DNA of 64,000 nucleotides, from assembly GCF_004010195.1 (NCBI RefSeq), contig NC_057719.1:81702850-81766849 (forward strand), given 5' to 3'. Made by a program: the position numbers and the translations under genes. Origin of the DNA: Chiloscyllium plagiosum. Lineage: Eukaryota. Of this stretch, positions 27,967-39,473 are shown in pieces (position 1 is the first letter of the stretch; the number at the start of each line of letters is the position of its first letter). Below the pieces are notes generated by a model that was not told the origin of the DNA, ran no database searches, and worked only from the letters and a program-made list of their open reading frames with translations.

Positions 27967-28088
27967 CTCTGTTGATGCCACTGTCCATTTCCACTCATGT
28001 TGCAGCCCCAGTGACTGCCAGGAATGGAGTGGTAGTACTTCTCTGGCCAAGGCAGAAGACCTGCCAATATCATTTTTTCGAGGAAGGA
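27967..28088 (-). CDS. Candidate internal exon (phase 1/0, GC donor)
   Basis: tattgttttaag|TC...GAG|gcaagt; LPRKNDIGRSSALAREVLPLHSWQSLGLQHEWKWTVASTE; no homolog recognised. Confidence 0.25.
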
Positions 28089-28137
28089 CTTAAAACAATA
28101 TCTTTTCTGGTCACACTACAAACATATACTTTTTTTT

Positions 28138-28490
28138 GGATCAGTGGTGCTGGAAGAGCACAGCAATTCAGGCAGCATCCGACGAGCAGCAAAATCGACG
28201 TTTCGGGCAAAAGCCCTTCATCAGGAATAAAGGCAGAGAGCCTGAAGCGTGGAGAGATAAGCTAGAGGAGGGTGGGGGTGGGGAGAAAGTAGCATAGAGT
28301 ACAATAGGTGAGTGGGGGAGGAGTGAAGGTGATAGGTCAGGGAGGAGAGGGTGGAGTGGATAGGTGGAAAAGGAGCTAGGTAGGTCGGACAAGTACGGAC
28401 AGGTCAAGGGGACAGTGCGGGCTGGAAGTTTGAAACTAGGATGAGGTGGGGGAAGGGGAAATGAGGAAGCTGTTGAAGTCCACATTGATG
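28138..28490 (-). mobile_element. Young PLE 3' end (second PLE family)
   Basis: Reverse complement encodes the ORF end INVDFNSFLISPSP, followed by a pyrimidine-rich tract and a hammerhead motif. Confidence 0.85.
28197..28224 (-). ncRNA. Minimal hammerhead ribozyme motif
   Basis: Reverse complement CTGATGA-A-GGGC-TTTT-GCCC-GAAACGTC with canonical CUGAUGA. Confidence 0.75.
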
Positions 28491-28734
28491 TGAGGGTCGG
28501 AGCGGCCCTCACATCATCGCCGATGCCACACGCTCAGTGACTTCCGCCATCCCTACTGCCGTGTCTGCCACCACTTCCGACCCCACCAGCGCCACTCACC
28601 TGCATTCTGCTGACACGCCCCCCACAGTCCCCACTGTCACTATCCCCACCCCCCAGAACCCTGAGGGGAACACTACCCCTGCTCATGCCTCCACCCCCAT
28701 TCCCCCCACCATCACACCCACTCCAGGTACTGGC

Positions 28735-29000
28735 NNNNNNNNNNNNNNNNNNNNNNNNNNNNNNNNNNNNNNNNNNNNNNNNNNNNNNNNNNNNNNNNNN
28801 NNNNNNNNNNNNNNNNNNNNNNNNNNNNNNNNNNNNNNNNNNNNNNNNNNNNNNNNNNNNNNNNNNNNNNNNNNNNNNNNNNNNNNNNNNNNNNNNNNNN
28901 NNNNNNNNNNNNNNNNNNNNNNNNNNNNNNNNNNNNNNNNNNNNNNNNNNNNNNNNNNNNNNNNNNNNNNNNNNNNNNNNNNNNNNNNNNNNNNNNNNNN
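28735..29000. other. Assembly gap (266 N)
   Basis: N run. Confidence 1.
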
Positions 29001-29214
29001 GGCGGAGGCGGAGGGATTGGGAATACGGGATGGCATTTTTGCAAGAGATAGGGTGGGAAGAGGTGTAATCCAAGTAGCTGTGGGAGTCGGTGGGTTTGTA
29101 AAAAATGTCAGTGTCAAGTCGGTCGTCACTAATGGAGATGGAGAGGTCCAGGAAGGGGAGGGAGGTGTCAGAGATGGTCCAGGTAAATTTAAGGTCAGGG
29201 TGGAATGTGTTGGT
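29001..29214 (-). mobile_element. PLE reverse transcriptase fragment (open frame)
   Basis: TNTFHPDLKFTWTISDTSLPFLDLSISISDDRLDTDIFYKPTDSHSYLDYTSSHPISCKNAIPYSQSLRLR, typical of the PLE RT C-terminal/thumb region. Confidence 0.9.
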
Positions 29215-29477
29215 TTGTCAGCCTTGGCTCAGTCTATTGGTAAGTGTAATAAAAGCTATGAAGATTAAAGGGGAGGGAACTTCTGCTTTTCAAAGTTAGA
29301 CAAATTGAAAGAATCAGCTGTGAAAGTACCATTTCTGTGGATTAAAGTCACCAATAAAAACTGGTGAAGATATGGATCTGCAATTGGTTTTGTAGATCTT
29401 GGAGAGGGAACACAGAAATAAAAGGGATTACTTGTTGGGAACAACATGGTGAGCACATTTATTATTTTTTTTAATGC

Positions 29478-29808
29478 ATTCATAGAATGAGGGTGTTGCT
29501 GGCCAAGCCAACATTTATTACCAGAGGATATTTAAGAGTTAACCACACTGCTGTGGGTCTGGAGTCACATGTAGGCCAGACCAGGTAAGGATGGCAGATT
29601 CCTTCCTTAAAAGGACTTAGTGAGCCATTTGGATTTTTCCCAACAATGAACAATGGATTCACAGTCACCAGTAGGTCCTTGCTACCAGATGTTACCGAGT
29701 TCAAATTACACCAGCTGTCATGGTGGGATTTGAACGCAGGTCCCAAGAACATTACTTGGGTCTCTTTTTAACTGTCTAGAGACAATACCACTACTCCATT
29801 GCCTCCCA
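29478..29808 (-). mobile_element. tRNA-derived SINE (third family)
   Basis: Reverse complement starts GGGAGGCAATGGAGTAGTGG, has a B-box-like GTTCAAATCCC, and ends AATAAATGTTGGCTTGGCCAGCAACACCCTCATTCTATGAATG. Confidence 0.7.
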
Positions 29809-29994
29809 TGCATAACGTAGCTGTGCAAGGTCTTTTATACTTGAGGTTATCCAACATCTTCCTTTCATTACAGTAAAGGAATTTTATAAAGTACTTCATT
29901 GCCTATAAAGTGCTGTGGACACGGAGAATCAACGTTCCTTCTTCTCCTTCCTTCCTTATTTAATCTTTCCTTTCCCTCTCTAATCAGATCAAGT

Positions 29995-30472
29995 TGTGAA
30001 ACTTGAAAGAGTTCGGAAAAGATTTACAAGGATGTTGCCAGGGTTTGAGCTATAGGGAGAGTCTATGTTGGCTGGGGCTACTTTCTCTGGAGCATCAGAG
30101 GCTGAGTGGTGACCTTAAAGGTTTTTTTATAAAATCAGGAGTGGCATGAATAGGGTAAATAAATAATGTCTTTTCCCCAGGGTGAGGGAGTCAAAAGCTA
30201 GAGAGCATAGATTTAAAGTGAGAGGGGAAAGATTTTAAATGGACCTAAGGGGCTACATTTTCCACACAGAGGGTGGTGTGTGTCTGGAATGAGCAGCTAG
30301 AGGAAGTGGTGTACAATTACAACATTTAAAAGATATCTAGGTGAGTATATGAACAAGAAGGGTTTAGAGGGATATGAGCCAAATGGGAATGGATTTATCT
30401 AGGATATCTGGTTGGCATGGAAAAGTTGAACCAAAGGGTTTGTTTCCATGCTGTATATCTCCATGACTCTAT
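29995..30472 (+). mobile_element. HER1/CR1 LINE 3' fragment
   Basis: Similar to 10063-10710; tail CTCCATGACTCTAT. Confidence 0.85.
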
Positions 30473-30485
30473 CATAAGATCAACT

Positions 30486-30830
30486 GGAGCAGCACGGTTA
30501 CTCAGCACTGCTGCCTCACAGTGCCAGGGATCTGAGTTGGATTCCACCCTCAGACAACTATCTGTGTGGTTTGCATATTCTCCCAGAGTCTGCATGGAAT
30601 TCCTCCAGTTGGCCTAGTTTTCACCCACAATGCAAAGATGTGCAGGTTAGGTGGCCTGGCCATGCTAAATTGCCCATGGTGACCAGGCATGTGGAGGCTA
30701 GGTGGGTTAGCCATGGGAAATGCAGAGTTACAGGGATATGGTATGGGGGCATCTGGATAGGATCTCTTCAGGAGGATCGGTGTGGACCTGATGGACCGAA
30801 TGGCTGCTTCCACAATGTAGGGATTCTATA
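30486..30830 (+). mobile_element. HE1-type SINE
   Basis: GCAGCACGGT..AGCACTGCTGCCTCACAG head, V-domain, tail TGTAGGGATTCTA. Confidence 0.8.
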
Positions 30831-32999
30831 AGTGATTCTAATAATTAAGATCATTAAAGGTTAGTCAGGGTTAATAATGACATGAAAGATCAAACTCATA
30901 TTCTAGCGTGTAGTCCAATCATCCTATTGTATGATTTTAGTTTTGGTTTGCTATAAGCTATCACTCTTGTCAAAATAAAATTGGCCTGAAGATTTTTCCA
31001 TGAAAAGACTAGGGATGGACAATTACAAATACTTTATTCTTCAATCACCTTCAGGGTAGATTACGTCTCATGCATGGAATCTGCTTGTTATGACGTTGTC
31101 TGTGTAGTGTTACAGTGAGTTTACAACTCAGCAGAAACTCTTAACTTCTCCACCTCATTCCATTTTATTCTCCACATCAAAAATTCCATCCAGAAATTCA
31201 GTTTCGTTACATTGCTTGTTAATTAATACAATTGCATGGAAGAAAATAATAGCAATTAAAAAGAATTCCTCTATTAAAGAAATCAAACTTTAAAACATGT
31301 ATAAATCTCATTCCAGTGTCACCAATTTGTAGGTCTACCCCAACTAATTACTCATACACCAGCTCCTCTTAAAAAGTTATTAGGAAAAAAGGGCACAATG
31401 AGTTCAGCAGTCACAGAGTCATACAGCATGGAAACATATTGTTTGGTCCAACCTATCCATGCTGACCAAGTTTCCCAAACTAAACTATTCCCACTTGTCT
31501 GAATTTCACCCATATCCCTCTAAACCTTTCCTATTTAGTACCTGTCCAAATTGTCATTGAATAATTGTAGCCTTTTCCCTGAACCCATCCAACAGGAATG
31601 ATACAAGACACAAACCAGTGATCCACTTTGTTCATGACACTCTACTTTTGTTAAAATTCTTCAAAACCAGAAGATTAGCTCTTCAAATACTTTTTCTGCC
31701 TAACCTGGTAATCTAAAATCTCCATATTTTGGAGAGTTACTGTGAGGTGTTTGGAGTAGGTCTGGCAATTACCTTGAGGTGTTTGAGTTCTATTAGAGAG
31801 CATTACAGGATGGGGTTTATTATTGTTACAGTATCATGTGAGTTCTAGAGTGTTGCATGAAGAGAGTCAGGGGTGTATTAAGAATTGTTTCAGTGAGGAT
31901 TGTATATTACAGCAAGGGGTGTAGTGGAAAATGTAGTGGAGGATATGTCAGTGTGTTACAGTGTGGAGTCTGTTTTGTATCAATCAAATTGAGAGGTGGG
32001 AGTCATAATCAAAGTTTGTTACAGGAAAGGTTTTTTTAAGAAACGTTAAACTGAGGGGTTTTAGAAAGCACTACAACGAAAGGTGTGTGTGTATGTCTTA
32101 AGGAATACACAATGTGGGATTTAACAAAAAGAATAAGAACGAGAGTGAAATAGCATTTTTTTGTTAGTTCTGCTACTTGGCACTTCTTAATAGTCATTCT
32201 TATTAATTACTTGTTCTTAAATTATCAATTTGTTGCTTTGATTTTTGTTTGCTCAGTAAGTTGGTTGTGTTTTCTTCTTACGTCAACTTTTATTTTGAAA
32301 CTTTTTTCTGATTATGTGCCAAATTATATCTTTTTGAAATTTGCTCATTGGTCAATTGAGTAAGAAAAAAATTTGAAAGGTGGCTCCTCCCACAAAAGGA
32401 TTGGACAAATGTGGTGTACTGGATAACATATTAACCATGCATAGGGGGATTGGTTACCTAACAGGAAGGAGAGTTTGGGCATAAATGTGTCATTTCCAGG
32501 GAGGCAAGAGGGGGAATGACACAGCGGCCTTGACTATTTACAATTTATTTTGAATGACTTGGATGAAGGGACTAAATGTATAATTGCAAAATCCACAAAA
32601 TGATAGGTGGTACAGAGTTTTGTGAAGCCGGTTTCAGAAGTTTATGAAAGGGATCTAGACAGATTTATGGACAAAAGTGCTAGTGTATGATGTAGCAACA
32701 TGTGAACTTGCCCACTTTGGCAGAAAATTACTTAAATGAAGACAGATTGTAGAACCCGGTGGTACAGAGGGATCCAAATGTTAGTATGTGGATACAGCAA
32801 GTGATTAGGAAGGCAAATGGAACGCCAAAGGGCATGGTGAATAGAATAGAGAAGTTTTGCTGCATCATTTGGGCAGTAGTAAGACCACACCCAGAGCACT
32901 GTAATCAGATTTGGTCTCCTTACTTAAGAAAGCATGGGTTGGCTAGATATGGTCAGGGTATGGTTGGGTATGGTTAGTAGCTTGCCTGCTGAAAACAGC

Positions 33000-33470
33000 C
33001 AAACATACATGCCATTTGATATGGAGCATACACTGAAAATGGGTGCCCAACTGCATACTGACCATGCTGCTGAAATAGGCCAGATCAAAACTAACCTGTG
33101 AGGTAATGGCTCCACTGATCAGATCATTTCTCACTGTGTATTGTGCAAATTCAAGAACAAGCCTAAGGTTTGACCCTTTCAGTCCTGAAAGGTGCTCAGT
33201 CTGCCTGAGATCACCTTGAAAAGGTCAGGCATCTCAAAAATTGGAATAATTGGTAAATCTAGCTGTTTCACCCTGCCGCTATGCAGTAGCAACAGGAGCA
33301 TGTTTACCAGTAACAGGACAGTACCATCAAGCCAGACACATTCCCTTAATCTCACTGATGAATAATGCAGTATATAAATTTCAGCATCAATGTGATATGA
33401 AGACATATAGACAGTGTGTCCCAAAGACTGGCAGATCATATCAAACAGTATATCCTTGGTAGCAACCATA
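33000..33470 (+). mobile_element. Old PLE (RT thumb to GIY-YIG) fragment
   Basis: LAVSPCRYAVAT...NNAVYKFQHQCD..., QRLADHIKQ: GIY-YIG start of a third PLE lineage. Confidence 0.6.
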
Positions 33471-34712
33471 CCCAGCAATCCCATGTTTGCAAAACAGGGC
33501 TGGGTCTTTTAGGGCCCTGAATGACGAGGGCTTTGGTTAAAAATCTGGGAAAATCATGAGAGACTTCCAGCATTTTCCCCACAGAGTTCCAGATATTGAT
33601 ATGAGATTTTCATGAGATCAAGGTGAGATGCCTGTTAAGGATGTTTATTGCTTATTGTCATCCTAATTAGTTGCACATCTCACCGCAGTAATATGCAGTC
33701 TCCTTTCCTTGCATCCACTGTGATGAAACCTAACAGTAAAAACTCTCAACATGGAAGACAGAATGGGGACCTGGCAAATCCAGCTGGCCCCTTGCTCTTA
33801 ATGACGTCCATTTTTGACACTTTGGATTGGCATCTCAGGGAATGCTCTAAGGCAGCAAATGTACGTACACCACATCCAGGAAAATAGGGGGCATTCCATC
33901 ATATTTCTGCCCTGTGCCTTGTAGATGATAGACAGAATTTAGAGAATCAGAAGTTAAGTTAGTCACTGCAGTATTCTTAGCCCCTGATCTGCTTTGTATT
34001 TATACAGTGAGTTCAGTTGAGTTTCTGGTCAATGGTAGCCCCCAGGATGTTGATAATGAAGCAATTCAGTGATGGCAAAACCACTGCAATATCAAGGGGT
34101 TGTGGTTAGATTTTCTCTTGCTGGAGATGGTCATTGTTATCACACCAATGCGAGGCAATGTCACTTGCCACTTGTCAGCCCAAATGCCAAAGGACTGTTT
34201 GCTTCTCAAATAAGAGAAAGGGAGGTATTAAGGGAGATGGAAGTGGGTGACACAGTTGTAGTGCTGGTGCAGGTTGGGGGAAAATGGTGACATGTCCCAG
34301 GTGAGTCAGTAGACAATGCAAAAGCCAAAGACAGAAGAGATATAGTGATTAGAAAGTTAGGGAGTTAGTGGTGTGGGGGTGGGGGGTGGGGGTAGGGGTT
34401 GGAGTAGGAGTGAGGGTGATGTTGACAGCAAGTGAAGGAAGATGTTGCATGCAAAGAAGAGAGTGGTAGAGCATGAACCTTGGTGTAAGGTTGGTCCAGT
34501 AGCAGAAATAGAATAAGTGCAATGCAGCAGACTGCAAATGTTGACACTTATCCTGGCAATACTGAGAAGTTCATTGACCTTCTTCCGACAGTGCTAAGAA
34601 GAGTTAGCTGAGGCCAAGGGATACATATCTGTGTTACAGATCTGGGGACTTTTGGAATCCTTATTTTCAAAACACTCCATGTTCTCAATCTTCCTATCTC
34701 TGTAGTCTCCTC

Positions 34713-34932
34713 TGAAATAACTCCACGAAAGCTGGTTTCCCATCACAAAGTCACCCTTTATTTACACACAGACCCCTTAAGACTGACCCAGCTCCCTCAG
34801 AGTCAGCTCTCAGGACATCTGACTCTCTTTATCTGTCAGCCTGGCATCCCTGATTAGACCAGATTAACAGCCCCATTCAGGGAACTCATATTCTGTTAGG
34901 TCCATCTGGCTGACCCTATTACATTCACTACA
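34713..34932 (-). mobile_element. Solo LTR (220 bp) with 5-bp TSD
   Basis: TG...CA ends; TSD TCCTC at 34708-34712 and 34933-34937; AATAAA on -; partial + strand homolog at about 22250-22385. Confidence 0.85.
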
Positions 34933-35260
34933 TCCTCCAACCTTCCAACCCTCAAAGGATTTGTGCTTTCTGGCCTCTTGAGCATCCCAAATTTCATCAG
35001 TCTCCTGTTGCGATCTGTGCCTTCAGCTGCCAAGGTTGCCAAAGTTGCTTTGCAATTCTCTCCTTTACCTCTTTCTTCACGTAAGACATTCCTGAACAAA
35101 CCTAAATCTTTAGTGAAGTTTTTCAATACCTGGTCTAATATCTTAGGTGCCACATATTTCATGTATGACCTAGACATACTATTAATGTAGAAGTGGGAAT
35201 GAAATTATTCAAATGAATGTGGTGAAAGGTTCTGGAAGTGTGATAGGACAATACTGTAGC

Positions 35261-35581
35261 TTAGATTAGATTAGATTCCCTACAGTGTGGAAACAGGTCC
35301 TTTGGCCCAACAAGTCCACACCAACCCTCCGAAGAGTAACCCACCTAGTCCCATTTCCCTCTGACTAATGCATCTAACACTCTGGGCAATTTAGCATAGC
35401 CACTTCACCTAACTTGCACATCTTTGGACTGTGGGAGGAAACCGGAGCACCCCGGGGAAACCCACGCAGACACGGTGAGAATGTGCAAACTCCACACAGA
35501 TAGTCACCCGAGGCTGGAATCAAACCTGGGACACTGGTGCTGTGAGGCAGCAGTGCTAACCACTGAGCCACCGTGCCGCCC
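35261..35581 (-). mobile_element. HE1 SINE, full length, young
   Basis: Reverse complement GGGCGGCACGGTGGCTCAGTGGTTAGCACTGC... with (AATCT)n tail. Confidence 0.92.
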
Positions 35582-36079
35582 ACGTGCCGTTTATCCTTAG
35601 GATTTCCATTAGCTTTGCTCAAATTAATACTCCATGGATGGTAATGGGGGATAAAGCACCTTTGCCATTGGAAAGGATAACATGCATCTTGCAGCAAGCT
35701 CAGAATGGGATTTAAGATGAGTCTGAGTACAGAGACCTCTGGAGGATAGGCTGAGCAATTACGTACATTTACAGCACATGCTCAACACCAGGACTTAGCA
35801 GATGTGCATTTGTACACTAACTTTAACAACTGCAAGAATCCCAAACAGCTTTATAGCCAATTAAATATTTTTTGGCCTATGGTCAAATTAATAAGGATGG
35901 TGAAATCTTGGTGAGATGGCAGAGGGGTTGAGCAGAATGCAACTAACCATGCACAAATTCAGTTACGCAGAATATTTAAAGAAGCTCGGATAGCTCTCCA
36001 AAGAGCAGAGAAAATTGATGACAGATTTGATGGTGGACTAAAATCATGATGGTTTTGATAAGGCAGATCAGGAAAATCT

Positions 36080-37240
36080 AGAGGGTGCTGGTAGAGGGTT
36101 GTTGTTCAGACTGGAGGCCTGTGACCAGCAGAGTGCCGCAAGAATCAGTGCTGGTTTCATCATTTATATACTGAGCTGAAAAATGAGCTCATTCCTGAAG
36201 AAGGGCTTATGCCCGAAACGTCGATTCTCCTGCTCCTTGGCTGCTGCCTGACCTGCTGCGCTTTTTCAGCAACACATTTTTCAGCTCTGATCTGCAGCAT
36301 CTGCAGTCCTCACTTTCTCCTCATCATTTATATAAACAATTTCAATGAGAATATCAGAGACATGGTTAGAAATTTTGTAGATGACACCAAAATTAGTGGC
36401 ATAGTGGACAGTGAAGAAAGTTGTCTAAGAGTACAATGGGGTCTTGATTAACTCAGCCAGTGGGCCAAAGAACTTCAGATGGAGTTTGATGCAGATAAAT
36501 CTGAGGTGTTTCTTTTTGTAAAACAAATCAGGGCATGGCTTGCACAGTTAATGGTAGGGCCCTGGAGAGTTGTTGAACAGAGAGACCTAGGGTGCAGTTA
36601 CATAGTTCCTTGAAAGTGGCATCAAAGGTAAACAGGGTGGTGAAGGAGGCATTTGGCACACTTGCCTGCATTGATCACAGCACTGAGAATAAGAGTTGAG
36701 ATGCCATGTAACATCTGTACAAGACATTGGTAAGTCCACATTTGAAGTACTGCACACAATTCTGTCACCTGCTACAGGAAGAATGTTATTGAACTGGAAA
36801 GGGTACAAAAAGATCTATAAGGGTGGTTTGAGTTATAAGAGAGGCGGAATAGGCTGGGACCTTTTTCCCCTGGAGTGTAGGAGCCTTATAGAGGTTTATG
36901 AAATCATAAGGGACACAGGTAAGGTGACTTGCCATGGTCTTTTCCACAGTGTAGAGAAGTCCAAAACTAAAGGGCATAAGTTTAAGGTCAAAGGGGATGG
37001 AATTAAAAGGTACCTGACAGGCAACTTTTCACACAGAGGGTGGTGCGTGCATGGACTGAACTGCCAGAGGAAGTGGCAGAGGCGAATACACTTACAACAT
37101 TCAAAAGACATTTGAACAGGTATATGAATAGAAAAGGTTTGACATGGGCCAATGCAGGCAAATGAGACTACTTCAATTTAGGAAACCTGGTTGCAATGGA
37201 CAAGTTGGCTGAAGGGCCTGTTTCCATGCTGTATGACTCT
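36080..37240 (+). mobile_element. HER1/CR1 LINE 3' part, interrupted by a PLE
   Basis: IYINNFNENIRDMVRNFVDDTKISGIVD RT segment; tail GTATGACTCTAAGACTC. Confidence 0.85.
36171..36320 (+). mobile_element. Short PLE insertion with tiny inverted arm and 14-bp TSD
   Basis: TSD TCATCATTTATATA at 36157-36170 and 36321-36334; inverted GAGCTGAAAAATG; intact hammerhead motif 36195-36222. Confidence 0.88.
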
Positions 37241-37789
37241 AAGACTCAATATAACATATTTGGAACAAGAGCATGGGGAGTTTAGGAGAATATATTTATC
37301 TAGAGAGTTAGATTTGGAATATGTCATCTGAAAGGGTTCTGGACCTGGAAAGGTTCCAAGTAACTTTTTAGTGAGGATTGGTAAATACTCGAGAATGAAA
37401 TACTGTGTGGACAATAAAGAAATACGGTCCTGCAACTATTTGAACAACTTCTTAAAGTGACAGCACAGGTGAGAATGACTTCAGACCTCGATATACCCAT
37501 TGAGCAAATTAAAATGTACAGCAGATCAAATGTTATTTCTGTAGCTAATGAATCATATCACAAAACATAACTCTCTAGTGAAATTCTAAGTATGAGAAGC
37601 TTAGTAAAACTTTGAGATTAAGTATTACTCAATAACATGCAAATCCTCTCCCTATATGATTTCCAAACTCTTTCTATGCTATACAGACAGGGGCAGTAAC
37701 TCTTAATGAAAACAGTTATCGCATTCAAGTAGCGAACTTCCCTATCTACAACTGGTCTTCAGAGAATAAACACAGGACCTTGGTCAGCC

Positions 37790-38180
37790 CTGATCCACAA
37801 AGGTGAACCATTTATTCCAATTCTGTTTTTTTTGACTGTTTTCAATCCATGCCAGGATATTCCCCCAATCCCGTGTGTTCCAATTTTGTTTACTAACATC
37901 TTGTGTGGAACATTATCAAAAGCCTTTTGTAAACCTATATACCCCATATGGTGGTCCCCTCATATCTATTCTGCTAGTTTTATCCTCAATAAACATGATT
38001 TCCCTTTCATAAATCCACACTGGCTTAGAAAACAATGGAAGAATTTGGCAAAGTGTCCTGTTATCACATTGTTTAGAATATATAGACATTTTCCCATGAC
38101 TGATGCTAAGCTAACAGATGTATTGACCCCTATATTCTCTCTTCCTCCTTTCTTAAATAGTGGGTTACATTTGCCACCTT
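37790..38180 (-). mobile_element. Old CR1 RT fragment
   Basis: QKAFDNVPHKMLVNKI and PLFKKGGREN in the ORF track. Confidence 0.75.
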
Positions 38181-38699
38181 CGGGTCTAATGGGTGCAAAG
38201 TGAGTGAGTGCTAAGAGAGTAACGGGCAGCCCTGAGATGCAACTTGGTCCAGTCGGTGAGCTGGGCACCTGTCTTTGCACATACAGTGTCCTTGTAGTAG
38301 CCTTGCAATGAAAGGTGCTGGTGTGTTCAAAGTGTGTCATTAATGTGTAGCAGCATCCTGTAAGAGGACTCGTGGATGTACCATGGTAACGTAGAGAAGC
38401 TGACGTAGAGAATGATGCCAGCAGCACTGAATGTTAGGTTTATGTGACCACTGCCATGGAGTGTGCTGTGAGTTGTTGGCACCAGGAATTAAAGATAGCA
38501 GTCCAGTTGAGCTGGAGTTGCCAGGTCAGGAATTCTCAACATCTAATTTCTATCCTGCAGGTGGGAAAACAGGAGACTTACATTAATGAGGTGAGATTGG
38601 CTAGTAATGAGGGTGATACTAAGCAATAATTCCCATTACAGAACCGTGAGGGTTTTTTTAATGAAAACCCATCTCAATGTCTAGGGCTTGATTGGAAAT

Positions 38700-38971
38700 G
38701 GGCTGAAAATGTGTTGCTGGAAAAGCGCAGTAGGTCAGGCAGCATCCAGGGAACAGGAGAATCGACGTTTCGGGCATAAGCCCTTCTTCAGGAATGAGGA
38801 AAGTGTGTCCAGCAGGCTAAGATAAAAGGTAGGGAGGAGGGACTTGGGGGAGGGGCATCAGAAATGCGATAGGTGGAAAGAGGTCAAGGTGAGGGTGATA
38901 GGTCAGACTGGGGTGGGGGCGGAGAGGTCAGGAAGAAGATCTCCAGCATCTGCAGACCTCACTTTCTCCTC
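38700..38971. mobile_element. Short PLE insertion: long inverted arm plus short tail, about 13-bp TSD
   Basis: TSD CTTGATTG(G/A)AAAT at 38687-38699 and 38972-38984; hammerhead on - at 38764-38791; + strand tail at about 38938-38971. Confidence 0.85.
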
Positions 38972-39169
38972 CTTGATTGAAAATTGCAAGCTATTGTAAA
39001 AAGGACATTAGCAAGAAATGTTTGGAGGGATATGGGCTAAGCACAGGTAGGTGAAACTAGTTTAATTTGGGATTAAGGCCATCATGGACTGGTTGTTCTG
39101 AAAGGTGTGTTTCGATGCTGTATGACTATGACTCTATTGTCAGTCTCGATGTTGAGAAATGCCTCTCTC

Positions 39170-39473
39170 AGGGCGGCACGGTAGCTCTCCCAGGGCGGCA
39201 CGGTGTCTCAGTGGTTAGCACTGCTACCTCACAGCACCAGGGACCTGGGTTCGATTCCAGCCTCGGGCGACTATCTGTGTGGTGTTTGCACATTCTCCCC
39301 ACGTCTGCGTGGGTTTCCTCCGGGTATTCCGGTTTCCTCCCACAGTCCAAAAATGTGAACTGGCCATGCTAAATTGCCCATAGGTGCAAATAGATCTGGG
39401 TGGGTTACTCTTCGGAGGGTCGGTGTGGACTTGTTGGGCCAAAGGGCCTGTTTCCACACTGTAGGGAATCTAA
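39170..39473 (+). mobile_element. HE1 SINE with duplicated 5' start
   Basis: CAGGGCGGCACGGT occurs twice (about 39169 and 39191), then the V-domain and tail. Confidence 0.88.

Noticed and set aside
28534..29268. Long ORFs spanning 28534-29268
   Set aside because: Artefacts of translating through the N gap.
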